Source: Bryobacterales bacterium (GTDB taxonomy: Bacteria > Acidobacteriota > Terriglobia > Bryobacterales > UBA6623). From it: 64,000 nt of DNA. The translations under genes were made by a program, and so were the position numbers. The notes below the pieces were generated by a model. That model made no database searches. It worked only from the letters and a program-made list of their open reading frames with translations, and was not told the DNA's origin. Positions 21,044-31,129 of this stretch are shown piece after piece; the first letter of the stretch is position 1; every line of letters begins with the position of its first letter. The stretch spans positions 3,461,987 to 3,525,986 of the forward strand of contig CBDHHA010000008.1 of the NCBI GenBank assembly GCA_965263255.1, in the 5' to 3' direction.

Positions 21044-22270
21044 ATGGCGAAAGGCAGCTTGATGCGTCCTGGCTTACTCCTCATCTCCTTGCTCCTAGTC
21101 TCGACCGCTCCTGGCGAATGGAACCAGTGGCGCGGACCCAACCGGGACGGCAAGTCGCTGGAGTCCGGACTACTGGCCGCGTGGCCGGAAGGTGGCCCCT
21201 CGCTGACGTGGCGGATCGACTCCCTGGGCGCAGGCTACTCGTCATTCGCGGTCGGGGACGGCAAGCTCTACACCCAAGGGCTCGCGGACGGCAAGCAGTA
21301 CCTGCTGGCTCTCGACGCAGAGTCGGGCAAGATCCTGTGGAGAACGGATCACGGCCAGCCCTATTCCAACCGTCGCGGCGACGGGCCGCGCGGCACGCCG
21401 ACGGTAGACGGGGATCGAGTATACGCGCTCGGCGGCGACGGGAACCTCATTTGCGTGGACGCGCGAACCGGATCCAAGATCTGGGAAAAGAACCTTCTCA
21501 AGACCTATGGAGGCCGGAATATCCGCTGGGGGATCAGCGAGTCCCCCCTTGTCGACGGTGACCGGATCATCGTCAACGCCGGAGGCCGTCGCGGGTCAAT
21601 CGTCGCGCTGAACAAGCTAACGGGTGTTGAGATCTGGAAGACGCAGAGCGATGAAGCCGGGTACTCGTCGGCCGTCGCCGCGGAGATCCACGGCATCCGG
21701 CAGTACATCCTCTTCACGGGCGAGGGAGCGGTGGGGGTGCTGGCCAGGAACGGAGAGCTGCTTTGGCGCTACAGCACCGTTAGCAACTCGACGGCCAACA
21801 TCGCCACGCCAATCGTCGACGGCGACCGGGTCTTCCTCTCATCGGCCTACGGAACCGGTTGCGCGCTGCTTCGCCTGGAGAGCTCCGAAGGATCAATCAA
21901 GGCCTCCGAGGTCTATTTCAGCCGCAACATGATGAATCACTACGGCAGCTCGATTCTCATCGATGGCCACCTGTACGGCTTCTCGGGCCGGATCCTGACG
22001 GCGATGCGACTGGACACCGGCGAGGTGTCCTGGAAGGACCGTTCGGTGGGCAAGGGCCAGATCATCTATGCCGACGGCCTGCTCTACATACTCAGCGAGG
22101 ACGGCGTGGTGGGCCTGGTAGATCCCGATCCTGCCGGATACAGGGAGATCTCGCGGTTCGAGATCGGGCAGGGCGACTATCCGACCTGGACATTGCCTGT
22201 CATTTCGAACGGCAGGCTATACCTTCGCGACCAAGGCACACTCTACGCCTACAACATTGGTAGGCAGTAG
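21044..22270 (+). CDS. PQQ-like (BamB-like) beta-propeller repeat protein, secreted
   Basis: ATG at 21044 gives MAKGSLMRPGLLLISLLLVSTAPG, followed by 'WNQWRGPNRDGKS', a hallmark start of this family. The blades repeat as 'G.lY....dG.l.clda.tGk..W'. Confidence 0.8.
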   Translation: MAKGSLMRPGLLLISLLLVSTAPGEWNQWRGPNRDGKSLESGLLAAWPEGGPSLTWRIDSLGAGYSSFAVGDGKLYTQGLADGKQYLLALDAESGKILWRTDHGQPYSNRRGDGPRGTPTVDGDRVYALGGDGNLICVDARTGSKIWEKNLLKTYGGRNIRWGISESPLVDGDRIIVNAGGRRGSIVALNKLTGVEIWKTQSDEAGYSSAVAAEIHGIRQYILFTGEGAVGVLARNGELLWRYSTVSNSTANIATPIVDGDRVFLSSAYGTGCALLRLESSEGSIKASEVYFSRNMMNHYGSSILIDGHLYGFSGRILTAMRLDTGEVSWKDRSVGKGQIIYADGLLYILSEDGVVGLVDPDPAGYREISRFEIGQGDYPTWTLPVISNGRLYLRDQGTLYAYNIGRQ

Positions 22271-22406
22271 CACTTCGAAGGCATGATGCACGCAGCTGCC
22301 GCCTGCGTCCATAGCCCAACCAACGAGGGCCGCGGGATGCCGCAGGCCCTGCACGAGCATTCGCTGGCGAGCGAGAGCGGGATTCGCATCGACTGGCTGT
22401 AGAGGA

Positions 22407-23711
22407 TCATCGATTCGCTGCCGGCGGCACCGTTGCCCATTCAGGTTGCCGGCGACCGTACGATGCATTGGTTTCTCGAAGGAACGGATCCGGGTTCAAG
22501 GCCTGGTCGATCATGTACGCCGACCCCGTGACGACCAGGATCTCGTCTTCTTCGAGGCGCTCGCGTTCCTCGCGGAACGCCCGGACCGGATCACTCTCGA
22601 CCCTCACCGGCGCGAATTCGCCCGACAACGCGGCGGCCACCTCGCCGGCGTCGCTTCCGGTTCGGGTAGCCGAGGTCACCGTGATCGAGCTGGCCTGGCC
22701 GAACAGGGGACGCAGCACGGACAACGCGTCCCGCTCCCTCGACAGTCCCACGACGAAGCGGACGCGCTTGGCGGGGAACTCAGCGCGGAGCCGCTCGGCC
22801 AGAGCGGCGGTCTTGTCGGCATTGTGAGCCACATCCGCCACCACTCTGTCCGTAACGACAGCGAACCGAGCCGGCAGCTCCTCGCGCAAGTCGTCGAGCA
22901 CGGTAGCCAGTGGGCGCTCGGGGTAGAAGTGGCGGACGATTCGCGCAGCGAGAGCGCGGTTGCGAATCAGGTGATCGGGAGTGCCGGTGGGCAGCAAAGC
23001 CGCAACCGCGCGAAGGTCGTCCTGATCGACTGCCTGCACCTCGGCCCCTTCGCTGCGGGCCGTCTCGACCACGAAACGCAGCGCATCCCCCCGTGCCCCC
23101 GTGAAGAACGGAATCCCAGCCCTTGCCACCCCTGCCTTTTCGAGCGCACGCTGCCACAACTCTGTTCCGAGGGTCTTCAGATGGTCCGTGCCCACGTCCG
23201 TGACGACACTGGCCTTCACATCCAAGGCCATCAGGGGTGTGTAGCGCCCCCCGACACCGGACTCCATCGCGGCCCATTCGATGCCATGGCGATCGAACAG
23301 GCAAAGAGCCAGAAGGATTCCTAGCTGTGCGAAGGTCAGGGTCTCTCCTCCCGTCGTGGCTGCGAGCTGAGTCTGGTACGGCAGCAAGCGCCCGCGGTAG
23401 ATCTCCACGATCTCCTCCCGGCTTGCATTCTGCGTGTTGATGCGGATCCGCTCGGCGTAGTCAAAGACATGCGGGCCAGTCCACGATCCGGTTGGCCCTG
23501 CGAACCGGAGAGCCTGATCGAGCGCGCAGCACACCGATCCCTTCCCGTTCGTTCCGGATACGTGGATTAGCTTGCTCGGGTGCCCGTCGGGCCAGAATGA
23601 ATCGACCGCGGCCTTCAGCTGATCGATGCGCCGGCGCTTCTCCATGGCCCAATGAGAGTGATAGATCTCGTCGAGCGTCGTCAGGTACGCGGGATCGAAG
23701 TCTCCGGGCAA
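22407..23711 (-). CDS. folC: Folylpolyglutamate synthase/dihydrofolate synthase (Mur-ligase family)
   Basis: P-loop 'HVSGTNGKGSV' and 'VVTDVGTDHL'. The length and order of the Mur ligase middle and C-terminal domains fit. Confidence 0.85.
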   Translation of the reverse strand: MPGDFDPAYLTTLDEIYHSHWAMEKRRRIDQLKAAVDSFWPDGHPSKLIHVSGTNGKGSVCCALDQALRFAGPTGSWTGPHVFDYAERIRINTQNASREEIVEIYRGRLLPYQTQLAATTGGETLTFAQLGILLALCLFDRHGIEWAAMESGVGGRYTPLMALDVKASVVTDVGTDHLKTLGTELWQRALEKAGVARAGIPFFTGARGDALRFVVETARSEGAEVQAVDQDDLRAVAALLPTGTPDHLIRNRALAARIVRHFYPERPLATVLDDLREELPARFAVVTDRVVADVAHNADKTAALAERLRAEFPAKRVRFVVGLSRERDALSVLRPLFGQASSITVTSATRTGSDAGEVAAALSGEFAPVRVESDPVRAFREERERLEEDEILVVTGSAYMIDQALNPDPFLRETNASYGRRQPEWATVPPAANR

Positions 23712-23869
23712 GGCCGCATTGCTCCTGTCAATAGGATGCCCGGTTTGGGGCGGGGACAGCGGATTCCGGCCCGGTGGCGGGCCGACTCCGTGAACCCCGT
23801 GTCGGCGAGAGCAGCGCCTGGGCGTGCCGGCGAGCCAATCGTGGGGGCGATCCGTCTACCATGGGCGTC

Positions 23870-25507
23870 ATGAACCGCCCGGAGCAGCTGTCAGTTCGGC
23901 GCCGCGAGTTTCTGCTCGCCACAGCAGGAACCAGCCTGGCCCTCACCACGCACTGCGCAACGAGGAACCAGCGCCCCATCCAGACCGGGGGCGCGGACTT
24001 CGAACTGGCAGAAGTATCGGTCGAGGAACTGAGAGCTGGGCTGAGATCGGGCCGCTGGACGGTCCGGACCCTGGCAGAGGCGTACTTGGAGCGCATCGAT
24101 GCGATCGACAGGGCGGGCCCGGCCCTGAACTCCGTCATCGAGATCAATCCCGACGCCCTTCAGGAAGCCGAGCGGCTCGACGCGGAAATGCGGGGTGGCA
24201 AGGCACGCGGGCCACTTCACGGCATCCCCGTGATGCTGAAGGACAACATCGCCACTGACGACGCAATGCAGACCACTGCCGGCTCTCTGGCGCTGGCAGG
24301 CGCACGAGCGCCGCGGGACTCCGCAGTGGCAGCCCGGCTCAGGGAGGCAGGCGCCCTGCTGATTGCGAAGACGAACCTCAGCGAATGGGCGAACTTCCGT
24401 TCCCGCCAGTCAACCAGCGGCTGGAGCGGGCGTGGCGGGCTGACGCTCAATCCCTACTATCTGGAACGGAACCCGTGCGGATCGAGTTCGGGGTCGGGCG
24501 TGGCGGTGTCGGCTGGCATCGCGCCCCTTGCCGTAGGCACGGAGACCAACGGGTCTATCGTGTGCCCGTCGTCGATCAACGGAATCGTCGGCATCAAGCC
24601 CACCATCGGCTTGGTAAGCCGTTCCGGAATCGTGCCGATCGCCCACACCCAGGACACAGCGGGGCCGATGGCACGGACGGTAGCGGACGCGGCAGCGATG
24701 CTCGGAGCGATGACCGGGCCGGACCCTCGCGACCCTGCCACCCAACTTGCCAACGGACAGTCTCACTCGGACTACACGCAGTTTCTGGAGGCCGATTCCC
24801 TGCGCGGGGCGCGGATCGGCGTGCTGAGGGAGTACTGGGGGCGGCACGCCGGCATCGATGCCATGCTCGCGGAATCGGTCGCGGCGATGCGCGAGGCCGG
24901 AGCCGAGCTGATCGACATCGAGGAACTACCGGGGATCAGCGCAACGAACCGACCGGGCTTCGAACTGATGCTGTACGAGTTCAAGGCGGACCTGAACCTG
25001 TACCTGGCCGACCTCGGGCCCGATGCCGCCGTGGGGTCGCTGAGCGACGTGATCCGATTCAACGAAGAGCGCCGCGACGAGGAAATGCCATATTTCGGCC
25101 AGGACATCATGGAAGCGGCCCAGGAGAAAGGGCCCCTCACTGACGACGCCTATCTCGAAGCCCGCAAGCTGAGCCGTGATGCCGCGCGGGCCGCGATCGA
25201 CGCCACGGCCGAGAGCCATTCGGTGGATGCCTTCTTCGCTCCGACCACTGGCCCGGCCTGGGTGACGGATCTCGTGCACGGGGATCGCTCGTCGTTCCGC
25301 GGATGCTCTTCCGCGGCGGCCCGGGCCGGCTACCCGCACATCACGGTACCCGGCGGCTCGCTGTTCGGCCTGCCGGTCGGGGTTTCCTTCTTCGGCCAGG
25401 CCTGGTCGGAACCGCGCCTTATCGCGCTGGCTCACTCCTACGAGCGGGCCACGCAGCACCGGCGCCCCCCGAGGTTCCTGACCGGGCAGGCCGGACCGGC
25501 AACCTAG
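23870..25507 (+). CDS. Amidase (amidase-signature family), Tat signal
   Basis: ATG at 23870 gives MNRPEQLSVRRREFLLATAGTSLAL. The AS signature is 'GIPVMLKDNI...' and 'CGSSSGSGVAVSAGIAPLAVGTETNGSIVCPS'. Confidence 0.9.
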   Translation: MNRPEQLSVRRREFLLATAGTSLALTTHCATRNQRPIQTGGADFELAEVSVEELRAGLRSGRWTVRTLAEAYLERIDAIDRAGPALNSVIEINPDALQEAERLDAEMRGGKARGPLHGIPVMLKDNIATDDAMQTTAGSLALAGARAPRDSAVAARLREAGALLIAKTNLSEWANFRSRQSTSGWSGRGGLTLNPYYLERNPCGSSSGSGVAVSAGIAPLAVGTETNGSIVCPSSINGIVGIKPTIGLVSRSGIVPIAHTQDTAGPMARTVADAAAMLGAMTGPDPRDPATQLANGQSHSDYTQFLEADSLRGARIGVLREYWGRHAGIDAMLAESVAAMREAGAELIDIEELPGISATNRPGFELMLYEFKADLNLYLADLGPDAAVGSLSDVIRFNEERRDEEMPYFGQDIMEAAQEKGPLTDDAYLEARKLSRDAARAAIDATAESHSVDAFFAPTTGPAWVTDLVHGDRSSFRGCSSAAARAGYPHITVPGGSLFGLPVGVSFFGQAWSEPRLIALAHSYERATQHRRPPRFLTGQAGPAT

Positions 25508-25536
25508 GCGCTGAAGATCAGGACCGGGGCTTCCGG

Positions 25537-28350
25537 TCAGTTCGAGGTGACCCAGATCGGCGAAGACCACGCGACGTTCCCGTCGCTTTGCTCCACCCGA
25601 ACGTAGTAGTAGTCCTCGCCTGCTTCCTTCTCGGCATCCTCGTAGGTGAACTCAACATCCTGCGGGTGCTTCTGGCTCGTGTAGGCGAACTCCTGGTTCT
25701 TGATGACATCGATCTGCCGTATCGGGCTGGTTCCGAGAATCTTGACCTTCAGCCGGAACGGCCCGTCCACGGTGACGATGTCTCCCTGCAGGTGCTCCCT
25801 GCCGTCCGTCTCGAGACGGTAATCGAGCACGATATTGTCGGTCGCTCCGTAGCTGTGGCGCTGCTTCATCGCATCCAGCAGACCCTCTCGGGTGAAGTCC
25901 TCCGCGATCGTGCAGGCGTACGAGTAGTGAGTCGAGAGGTGGTCGGACGCCACCTGGACGCCGAGCTTGTAGCCCTTCGCCCACGCGTTCCACACGTAAC
26001 CGGCGGGCTCGAAGCCGCCGGCCTGGGTCGTGGGCCGCTCGCGGTGCGCGGCTAGCGGCGCCCCTTCGTATTCCGCGGACACCCTGTCGCCCTGGAAGAT
26101 CTCAACGAGCGGCTCGACTTCCGGGTCATTGTCCCGCCAGTCTGTTCCCATGCCCGTCGCGGAGGTGTGCGAGATGGCGATGCCCCCGTTCCCGCGGAGG
26201 TACTCGTACAGGCGAGCCGCGCCCTGCGCATGGCTCGACTCCTCCGGAAGGATTGGCAGGGTGGGCGTGCCGCGCTTCGGCAGCAGGATGTTGCGATGGC
26301 CGTCCGGATACCGCACGGACCGCTCGTAGCCGTAGAAGGGCTGGAAGGCCCCCGTGACACTGAACACATCGACCGCCTGCTGCAGCACCCAGTTGATGTA
26401 CTCGTTGTCGGGACCGCCCTGGAAGTTGTGCTCGCTGACGAGCAGGTAGTCGAGACTGGCCGCGTCCAGGGCGTATCGGTAGGTCTGGAACAGGGAGCCG
26501 TCGTTGTTGCCGTCCATCGAGAACTCCGTGTGGCGGTGAGTGTCGCCGCGATAGATCCGGTAGGTCTTGCCACCTGAATTGATTTCGTAGCCCCGCAAGC
26601 GCTCCAAGTCCCTGACCTCGGTTGGAGCGACGTTGAAGTACTGCACCGTCCGTTCGGGCCGGACGCGCAGGACTGGGGGCTCGGTAGCCCTCTCGAGGGC
26701 CGGCAGCTTTGCCGCGTAGACGTCCGCGTGCTCGTAGAGGAAATCGTAGAAGTCGCGGTTGTCCGATGCCCAGGTCGCGACAAGGTTCCCCGCCCCGTCC
26801 GACGCCACTCCCCAGCGCACGTCCTGGCGGCCGGCGCTGAACGGAATCTCGTAAGGCACCGTCCATTCGTCCCCGTCGAGGGTCGTCGCCCAGATCTGCC
26901 AGGCAGCCCGGTGCAAGGGAGTCAGGCTGGGCATGTCGCGCTGGCGGATCGTCCGGTGACGGCCGAAAACCCATGCGCGGCCCTCGGGGTCGACGGCCAA
27001 TTGGGGGAAGTCGTTGTGGAGCCTGTCCACGTGACCCGGCATCGCCGCATTGATGTCCGCGACCGGCTCCTTCCAGGCAATCCCGTCCAGCACGGCCACG
27101 CGAATCACGCGGTATTCGTACAGCAGGGTGGCTTCGACCTTGAGCAGGAATCCGGTGTCCTTGCCCCAGTTGAGGCCGCTCTCGTTCCATGCCGCCCAAA
27201 GACGGTTGTCGGAGTCGACGGCCAGCGAGACGTGGGCTTCGTACAGCGGCGTGGCTGCTATCGGCGCTGGACTGGCTGCCCATCGCTCGCCGTCCCAGGT
27301 GCGGAGCATGACGTCGTAGTTCCCGCTCTCGTAGGTGTCCCAGGCGATGTGGACCTCCCCGTTGTGCCCTGTCGCGACCACCGGCTCCCAGTCGTTGGCG
27401 TCCGAAGAGGACACGCGCTGGGCGCGGGTCCATTCCCCGTCCACATACCGAAGCGCGAATATGTCGGACTGGCCGTTCCGGAAACCTTGCCAGACTACCC
27501 ACAGGCTGCCGTCGGAGGCAGCGGCCACGTTGGGAAGGATGTCGGGCTGGGGCGCCTGGGTGAGCCTCATGCTCGGGGACCAAGTGCCGCCGTTCAGCGA
27601 TCGGCCGTACAGGTCGAAGTTCCCGTCTTCCTGATGCGACCAGATGAACCATGTCGAGCCGTCGCCCGAGCGGGCCATCTTGACCATGTGGATGTCCCCC
27701 GGCTCCTCGGTGACTGTCTGGACCGGCCCCCATGCGCTGCCGTCGAATTCCCTGGTCAGGATTACGTTGCCGCCATCCTTGTAGGCGACCCAGGCGGACC
27801 GGGCGCTCCCTTGGGTCCCGCCAAGCAGCGCCGCGAAGTCGTCTTCGTACTCGCCGGTTGACAGCTTCTCCACCGTAGGCACCCGCTCGACAACAGCAGC
27901 GCCTTCGAGGAATTCCACGGGCCTTCCCAGCCTGACGTCAGCCAGCGGGAACGCGAAGTCCCCTTGGGCGGTCGAAACGCGGACCTGCGCGCCAGGCGCA
28001 GCCTCGATGTCGAGGATCACACCGGGGGTCCAGTAGTAGATGTTGACGGGCCGGTCCGGGAGATTCTCGTAGGCGCGCCAACGGTAGTTGACGCCCTTGT
28101 GGGTGGAGAATTTCCACGTCCCGCCAGGATCGACTCGGTTCTCCGGACGCGGATGCCAGTCGCGGGCATTCAGGAGCTTGCCGTTGGTTACTGTGACGGA
28201 GCCGTCCCAACTGGTCTCCTTGGTGTCAAGAAGCCCGAACCGGACGCGGACGGAGACCGGGTCCTGCGCTGCTAGAGGGACCGCAGCGGCCCCGAGTCCG
28301 AACAAGCAAGACCAGATCAGGAGATTTGTGCGGGCAAGGTGTACTTTCAT
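25537..28350 (-). CDS. Large secreted protein: N-terminal repeat (BNR/propeller-like) modules fused to a PHP/CehA-McbA-like metallohydrolase domain
   Basis: ATG at 28350 gives MKVHLARTNLLIWSCLFGLGAAAVPLAAQ. The track start at 28362 is TTG. The repeated modules are 'SGDGSTWFIWSHQEDGNFDLYGRSL.GG.WS', 'ASDGSLWVVWQGFRNGQSDIFALRYVDGEWT' and 'GHNGEVHIAWDTYESGNYDVMLRTWDGERW'. The C-terminal half has 'YRGDTHRHTEFSMDG...LDYLLVSEHN' and ends 'DYYYVRVEQSDGNVAWSSPIWV'. Confidence 0.75.
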   Translation of the reverse strand: MKVHLARTNLLIWSCLFGLGAAAVPLAAQDPVSVRVRFGLLDTKETSWDGSVTVTNGKLLNARDWHPRPENRVDPGGTWKFSTHKGVNYRWRAYENLPDRPVNIYYWTPGVILDIEAAPGAQVRVSTAQGDFAFPLADVRLGRPVEFLEGAAVVERVPTVEKLSTGEYEDDFAALLGGTQGSARSAWVAYKDGGNVILTREFDGSAWGPVQTVTEEPGDIHMVKMARSGDGSTWFIWSHQEDGNFDLYGRSLNGGTWSPSMRLTQAPQPDILPNVAAASDGSLWVVWQGFRNGQSDIFALRYVDGEWTRAQRVSSSDANDWEPVVATGHNGEVHIAWDTYESGNYDVMLRTWDGERWAASPAPIAATPLYEAHVSLAVDSDNRLWAAWNESGLNWGKDTGFLLKVEATLLYEYRVIRVAVLDGIAWKEPVADINAAMPGHVDRLHNDFPQLAVDPEGRAWVFGRHRTIRQRDMPSLTPLHRAAWQIWATTLDGDEWTVPYEIPFSAGRQDVRWGVASDGAGNLVATWASDNRDFYDFLYEHADVYAAKLPALERATEPPVLRVRPERTVQYFNVAPTEVRDLERLRGYEINSGGKTYRIYRGDTHRHTEFSMDGNNDGSLFQTYRYALDAASLDYLLVSEHNFQGGPDNEYINWVLQQAVDVFSVTGAFQPFYGYERSVRYPDGHRNILLPKRGTPTLPILPEESSHAQGAARLYEYLRGNGGIAISHTSATGMGTDWRDNDPEVEPLVEIFQGDRVSAEYEGAPLAAHRERPTTQAGGFEPAGYVWNAWAKGYKLGVQVASDHLSTHYSYACTIAEDFTREGLLDAMKQRHSYGATDNIVLDYRLETDGREHLQGDIVTVDGPFRLKVKILGTSPIRQIDVIKNQEFAYTSQKHPQDVEFTYEDAEKEAGEDYYYVRVEQSDGNVAWSSPIWVTSN

Positions 28351-28676
28351 GGATTCTTCCAAGCTGCAATCGAGGCGCCCGCAATTCTATCAGGCACGGG
28401 AGCGTCGAAGGGCGGAATCCGGAAGGCTACGGCGAAACGGCGTCCTGCACCCGGATCCGTCGCCGAGGCAGGGCTCGTCACAGCGGTACGGCCCCGAATG
28501 CCTTGCCGGGCCAGTGCATTCGCAGCATCCTGAGGGACTGCCCGCGAGAGTGCCACCGGGCTGCGCGACAGTCGAATGATCGTTCGGGGAGCGTCCGGAG
28601 AACACCGCCTCCGACGCCTTCCGGCTGGATCTTTCCGGCTGCGATTCCGCTGGTACGATGGGCCTTGCCCCCATCC

Positions 28677-29945
28677 TTGCCATCGACTGTTCAGAAGACC
28701 GTGCTCGGCAACGGGCTGCGGGTGTTGAGCGAGTCCATGCCGTCGGTCCGGTCCGTGTCGCTGGGCGTGTGGCTGAACAGGGGCTCCCGTCACGAATCCG
28801 ACACCGAGAGCGGCATCACTCACTTCACCGAGCACATGGTCTTCAAGGGGACCGACCGCTACTCGGCACGCGAGATCGCTTACGAAGTGGACAGCCTGGG
28901 CGGCAATCTCGACGCCTTCACTTCGAAGGAGACCACAGCATTCACCGCGAAGGTCCTGGACGAACAATGGCCCCGGGCGTTCGACATCCTCGCCGACATG
29001 GTGCGGCACCCGAAGCTTGCCGAGGACGATATCGAGCGCGAGAAGGGCGTCGTGCTCGAAGAACTCAAGATGGACGAGGACAACCCCGATTACCTGCTGG
29101 GCACGATCTTCGCCCGCAGCTTCTGGTCACAGCACGGAATGGGCCGCCCCGTAATCGGCAGCCAGAACACGATCCGCGCATTCGACCGGGAGCAACTGCG
29201 CCGATTCTTTGGCGACTCCTTCAGTGCTCCCAACCTGATGGTGACTGCGGCGGGACATCTAGAGCACGACCAGCTCGTGCGGGAGGCTGAGGCGCGACTC
29301 GGGGACCTAGTCAGTGCCGGGCCCGGGCCCGCCGAGGCTGCCCCGCTTGCAACGCCCGAAATCGTGGCGCGCGACAAGCGGTCCCTGGAGCAGGTGCACC
29401 TTACGTTGGGAATCGAGGCGTTCCCGGCTCGGGACCCGCGGCGCTTCGCGGGCTTCGTGCTCAGCACCATGCTGGGCGGCGGCTTCAGCTCCCGCCTGTT
29501 CCAGAAGATCCGCGAGGAGGCCGGCCTCGCCTACAGCGTCTACTCCGACCTGAGCCTCTATTCCGACACAGGATGCCTTACGGTCGGCGCCGGCACCTCG
29601 CTCGATGGATTACCGCGCGTTCTGGAATACACTCTCAGGGAATTCACCGACCTCAAGGACAACCTCGCCGGTGAACCCGAGCTGCGCCGGGCCAAGGACC
29701 ACCTCAAGGGCAGCCTGATGCTGAGCCTGGAATCCACTGGCAGCCGGATGGCGAACCTAGCCCGCCAGGAGGCATATCACGGCCGAATTCGTACCCTTGA
29801 CGAGGTGATCGCGGCAGTCGAGGCCGTCAGGGCCGACGACGTGCGCAACCTGGCGAACGAGTGGTTCCAGCAGGACCAGATCGCCCTCAGCGTGCTCGGC
29901 AACCTGCAGGGCCTTGCCCTGGACCGCGATCAGCTCGCCTGCTGA
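28677..29945 (+). CDS. M16-family zinc peptidase (pitrilysin-like, active HxxEH)
   Basis: The track ORF 28326..29945 is over-extended. TTG at 28677 gives (M)PSTVQKTVLGNGLRVL, the usual M16 N-terminus. The motif is 'GITHFTEHMVFKGT' (HxxEH), and the downstream glutamate region is 'REKGVVLEELKM'. Confidence 0.85.
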   Translation: MPSTVQKTVLGNGLRVLSESMPSVRSVSLGVWLNRGSRHESDTESGITHFTEHMVFKGTDRYSAREIAYEVDSLGGNLDAFTSKETTAFTAKVLDEQWPRAFDILADMVRHPKLAEDDIEREKGVVLEELKMDEDNPDYLLGTIFARSFWSQHGMGRPVIGSQNTIRAFDREQLRRFFGDSFSAPNLMVTAAGHLEHDQLVREAEARLGDLVSAGPGPAEAAPLATPEIVARDKRSLEQVHLTLGIEAFPARDPRRFAGFVLSTMLGGGFSSRLFQKIREEAGLAYSVYSDLSLYSDTGCLTVGAGTSLDGLPRVLEYTLREFTDLKDNLAGEPELRRAKDHLKGSLMLSLESTGSRMANLARQEAYHGRIRTLDEVIAAVEAVRADDVRNLANEWFQQDQIALSVLGNLQGLALDRDQLAC

Positions 29946-30811
29946 CGACTGGGGCGTTCTCGCGGGGGGGCCACCTCAGTGCGACGCCTGGATGCCTTGA
30001 GCGGCCGCTTTCGCAATCGCGAGACATGGAAGCTGTCAGGGGTCGTTGAGCGAGCCGGTGGGCAACTTCGCTCGCGATTGGCAGCTTGTGGGCGGTAGCC
30101 AGGATCGCCGCCCTTGGCTGGTGCGGGCCTTCTCGGCTCCTCGGCAACCATGGAACTGGCTGTTCCGAGTGCAAGCCGCTCGGCGGGCGCATTCGGAGAG
30201 GGTCACACTGAGAGCCTAGGTGTCCCTTCAAGGCCGAGCGCGGCGGCGCATGCCGGGACAATCGGTGGTCCGAGACAAGCACCGGCATTGGCGGCCAAGA
30301 CGATCCCTGGAAGGCATCGCGGCTTACACACGTACACCGCGCTCGGCGAGCTGCGGGTCCGCCACGTCCCAATCTGCCGGAAAGGCGGGCAACGGGCTGA
30401 CCTCCTACGATTGCTGGTCGGCGGGTTCACGGTTCGGCCGTGCCGCTCCTTCTCGGTCTTGCTGAACACCGTCGAGCCGACCGTTGCTTGCCGGCGCTCG
30501 CGCACTGTAGTCGAAACGCTCATGCTTGTCCGAGCATCGGGTGGACCTGCACTGCTCGCCACACGATCCGATTCACAGTGATGCAGGACTTCATACCGCA
30601 CCCGGCCCCGCTTACCCGGTCCGCAATAGGCAATCGCATCCGCTCACGGCTAGCCACGGGACACGCATCCGGGCCAAGAATCGCCCCGCTTGCCGAATCT
30701 CCCTTAGATTTCTCTGCCCATGTGTTTGACAGGCGTTTGGCACGGGGCGAAACTTACATTCACCGTCGCCGCTGGCGGCCATGAAGGGATGTTCGCCTTG
30801 GAGGTGATTGC

Positions 30812-31129
30812 ATGCTTGTGAGTCGAGGACCTGCCTGGTGCTTGCTTCTCGCTGGTGGTGCTCTGGCAGTGGCACCTGACCTGTGTCTTGCGATTGAGCA
30901 GACTTGTTCGGGCTGCATCGATGCCTGCTGCGAGTGGTCGGTAGCGGGAGTAACGGAGTTTCCACACGATGAATTCGTCAGGCTCAACACCAAGACTCCA
31001 CTCACCCTGCATGGATGTCAGGCAGGCAGTACGGCCTACGACAGTCGGGAATTCAGCAGCTGCCAGATCGCCGCCTACAACCGTTGCCTAAAACGCAACT
31101 GCTCCAGACTGCGTGTATTCGTACATTGA
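30812..31129 (+). CDS. Hypothetical small Cys-rich secreted protein (orphan)
   Basis: There is a strong Shine-Dalgarno, GGAGGTGA, 7 nt upstream of the ATG. The N-terminus MLVSRGPAWCLLLAGGALAVA is signal-peptide-like. The predicted mature part of about 80 aa has 9 Cys (the 105-aa ORF has 10). Codon usage is atypical for the host. I recognise no homology. Confidence 0.3.
   Translation: MLVSRGPAWCLLLAGGALAVAPDLCLAIEQTCSGCIDACCEWSVAGVTEFPHDEFVRLNTKTPLTLHGCQAGSTAYDSREFSSCQIAAYNRCLKRNCSRLRVFVH

Noticed and set aside
26126-27733. 535-aa same-strand alternate-frame ORF inside the 937-aa metallohydrolase gene
   Set aside because: The listed frame is Arg/Pro/Gly-rich. The 25537..28350 frame carries the repeats, the PHP motif and a signal peptide.
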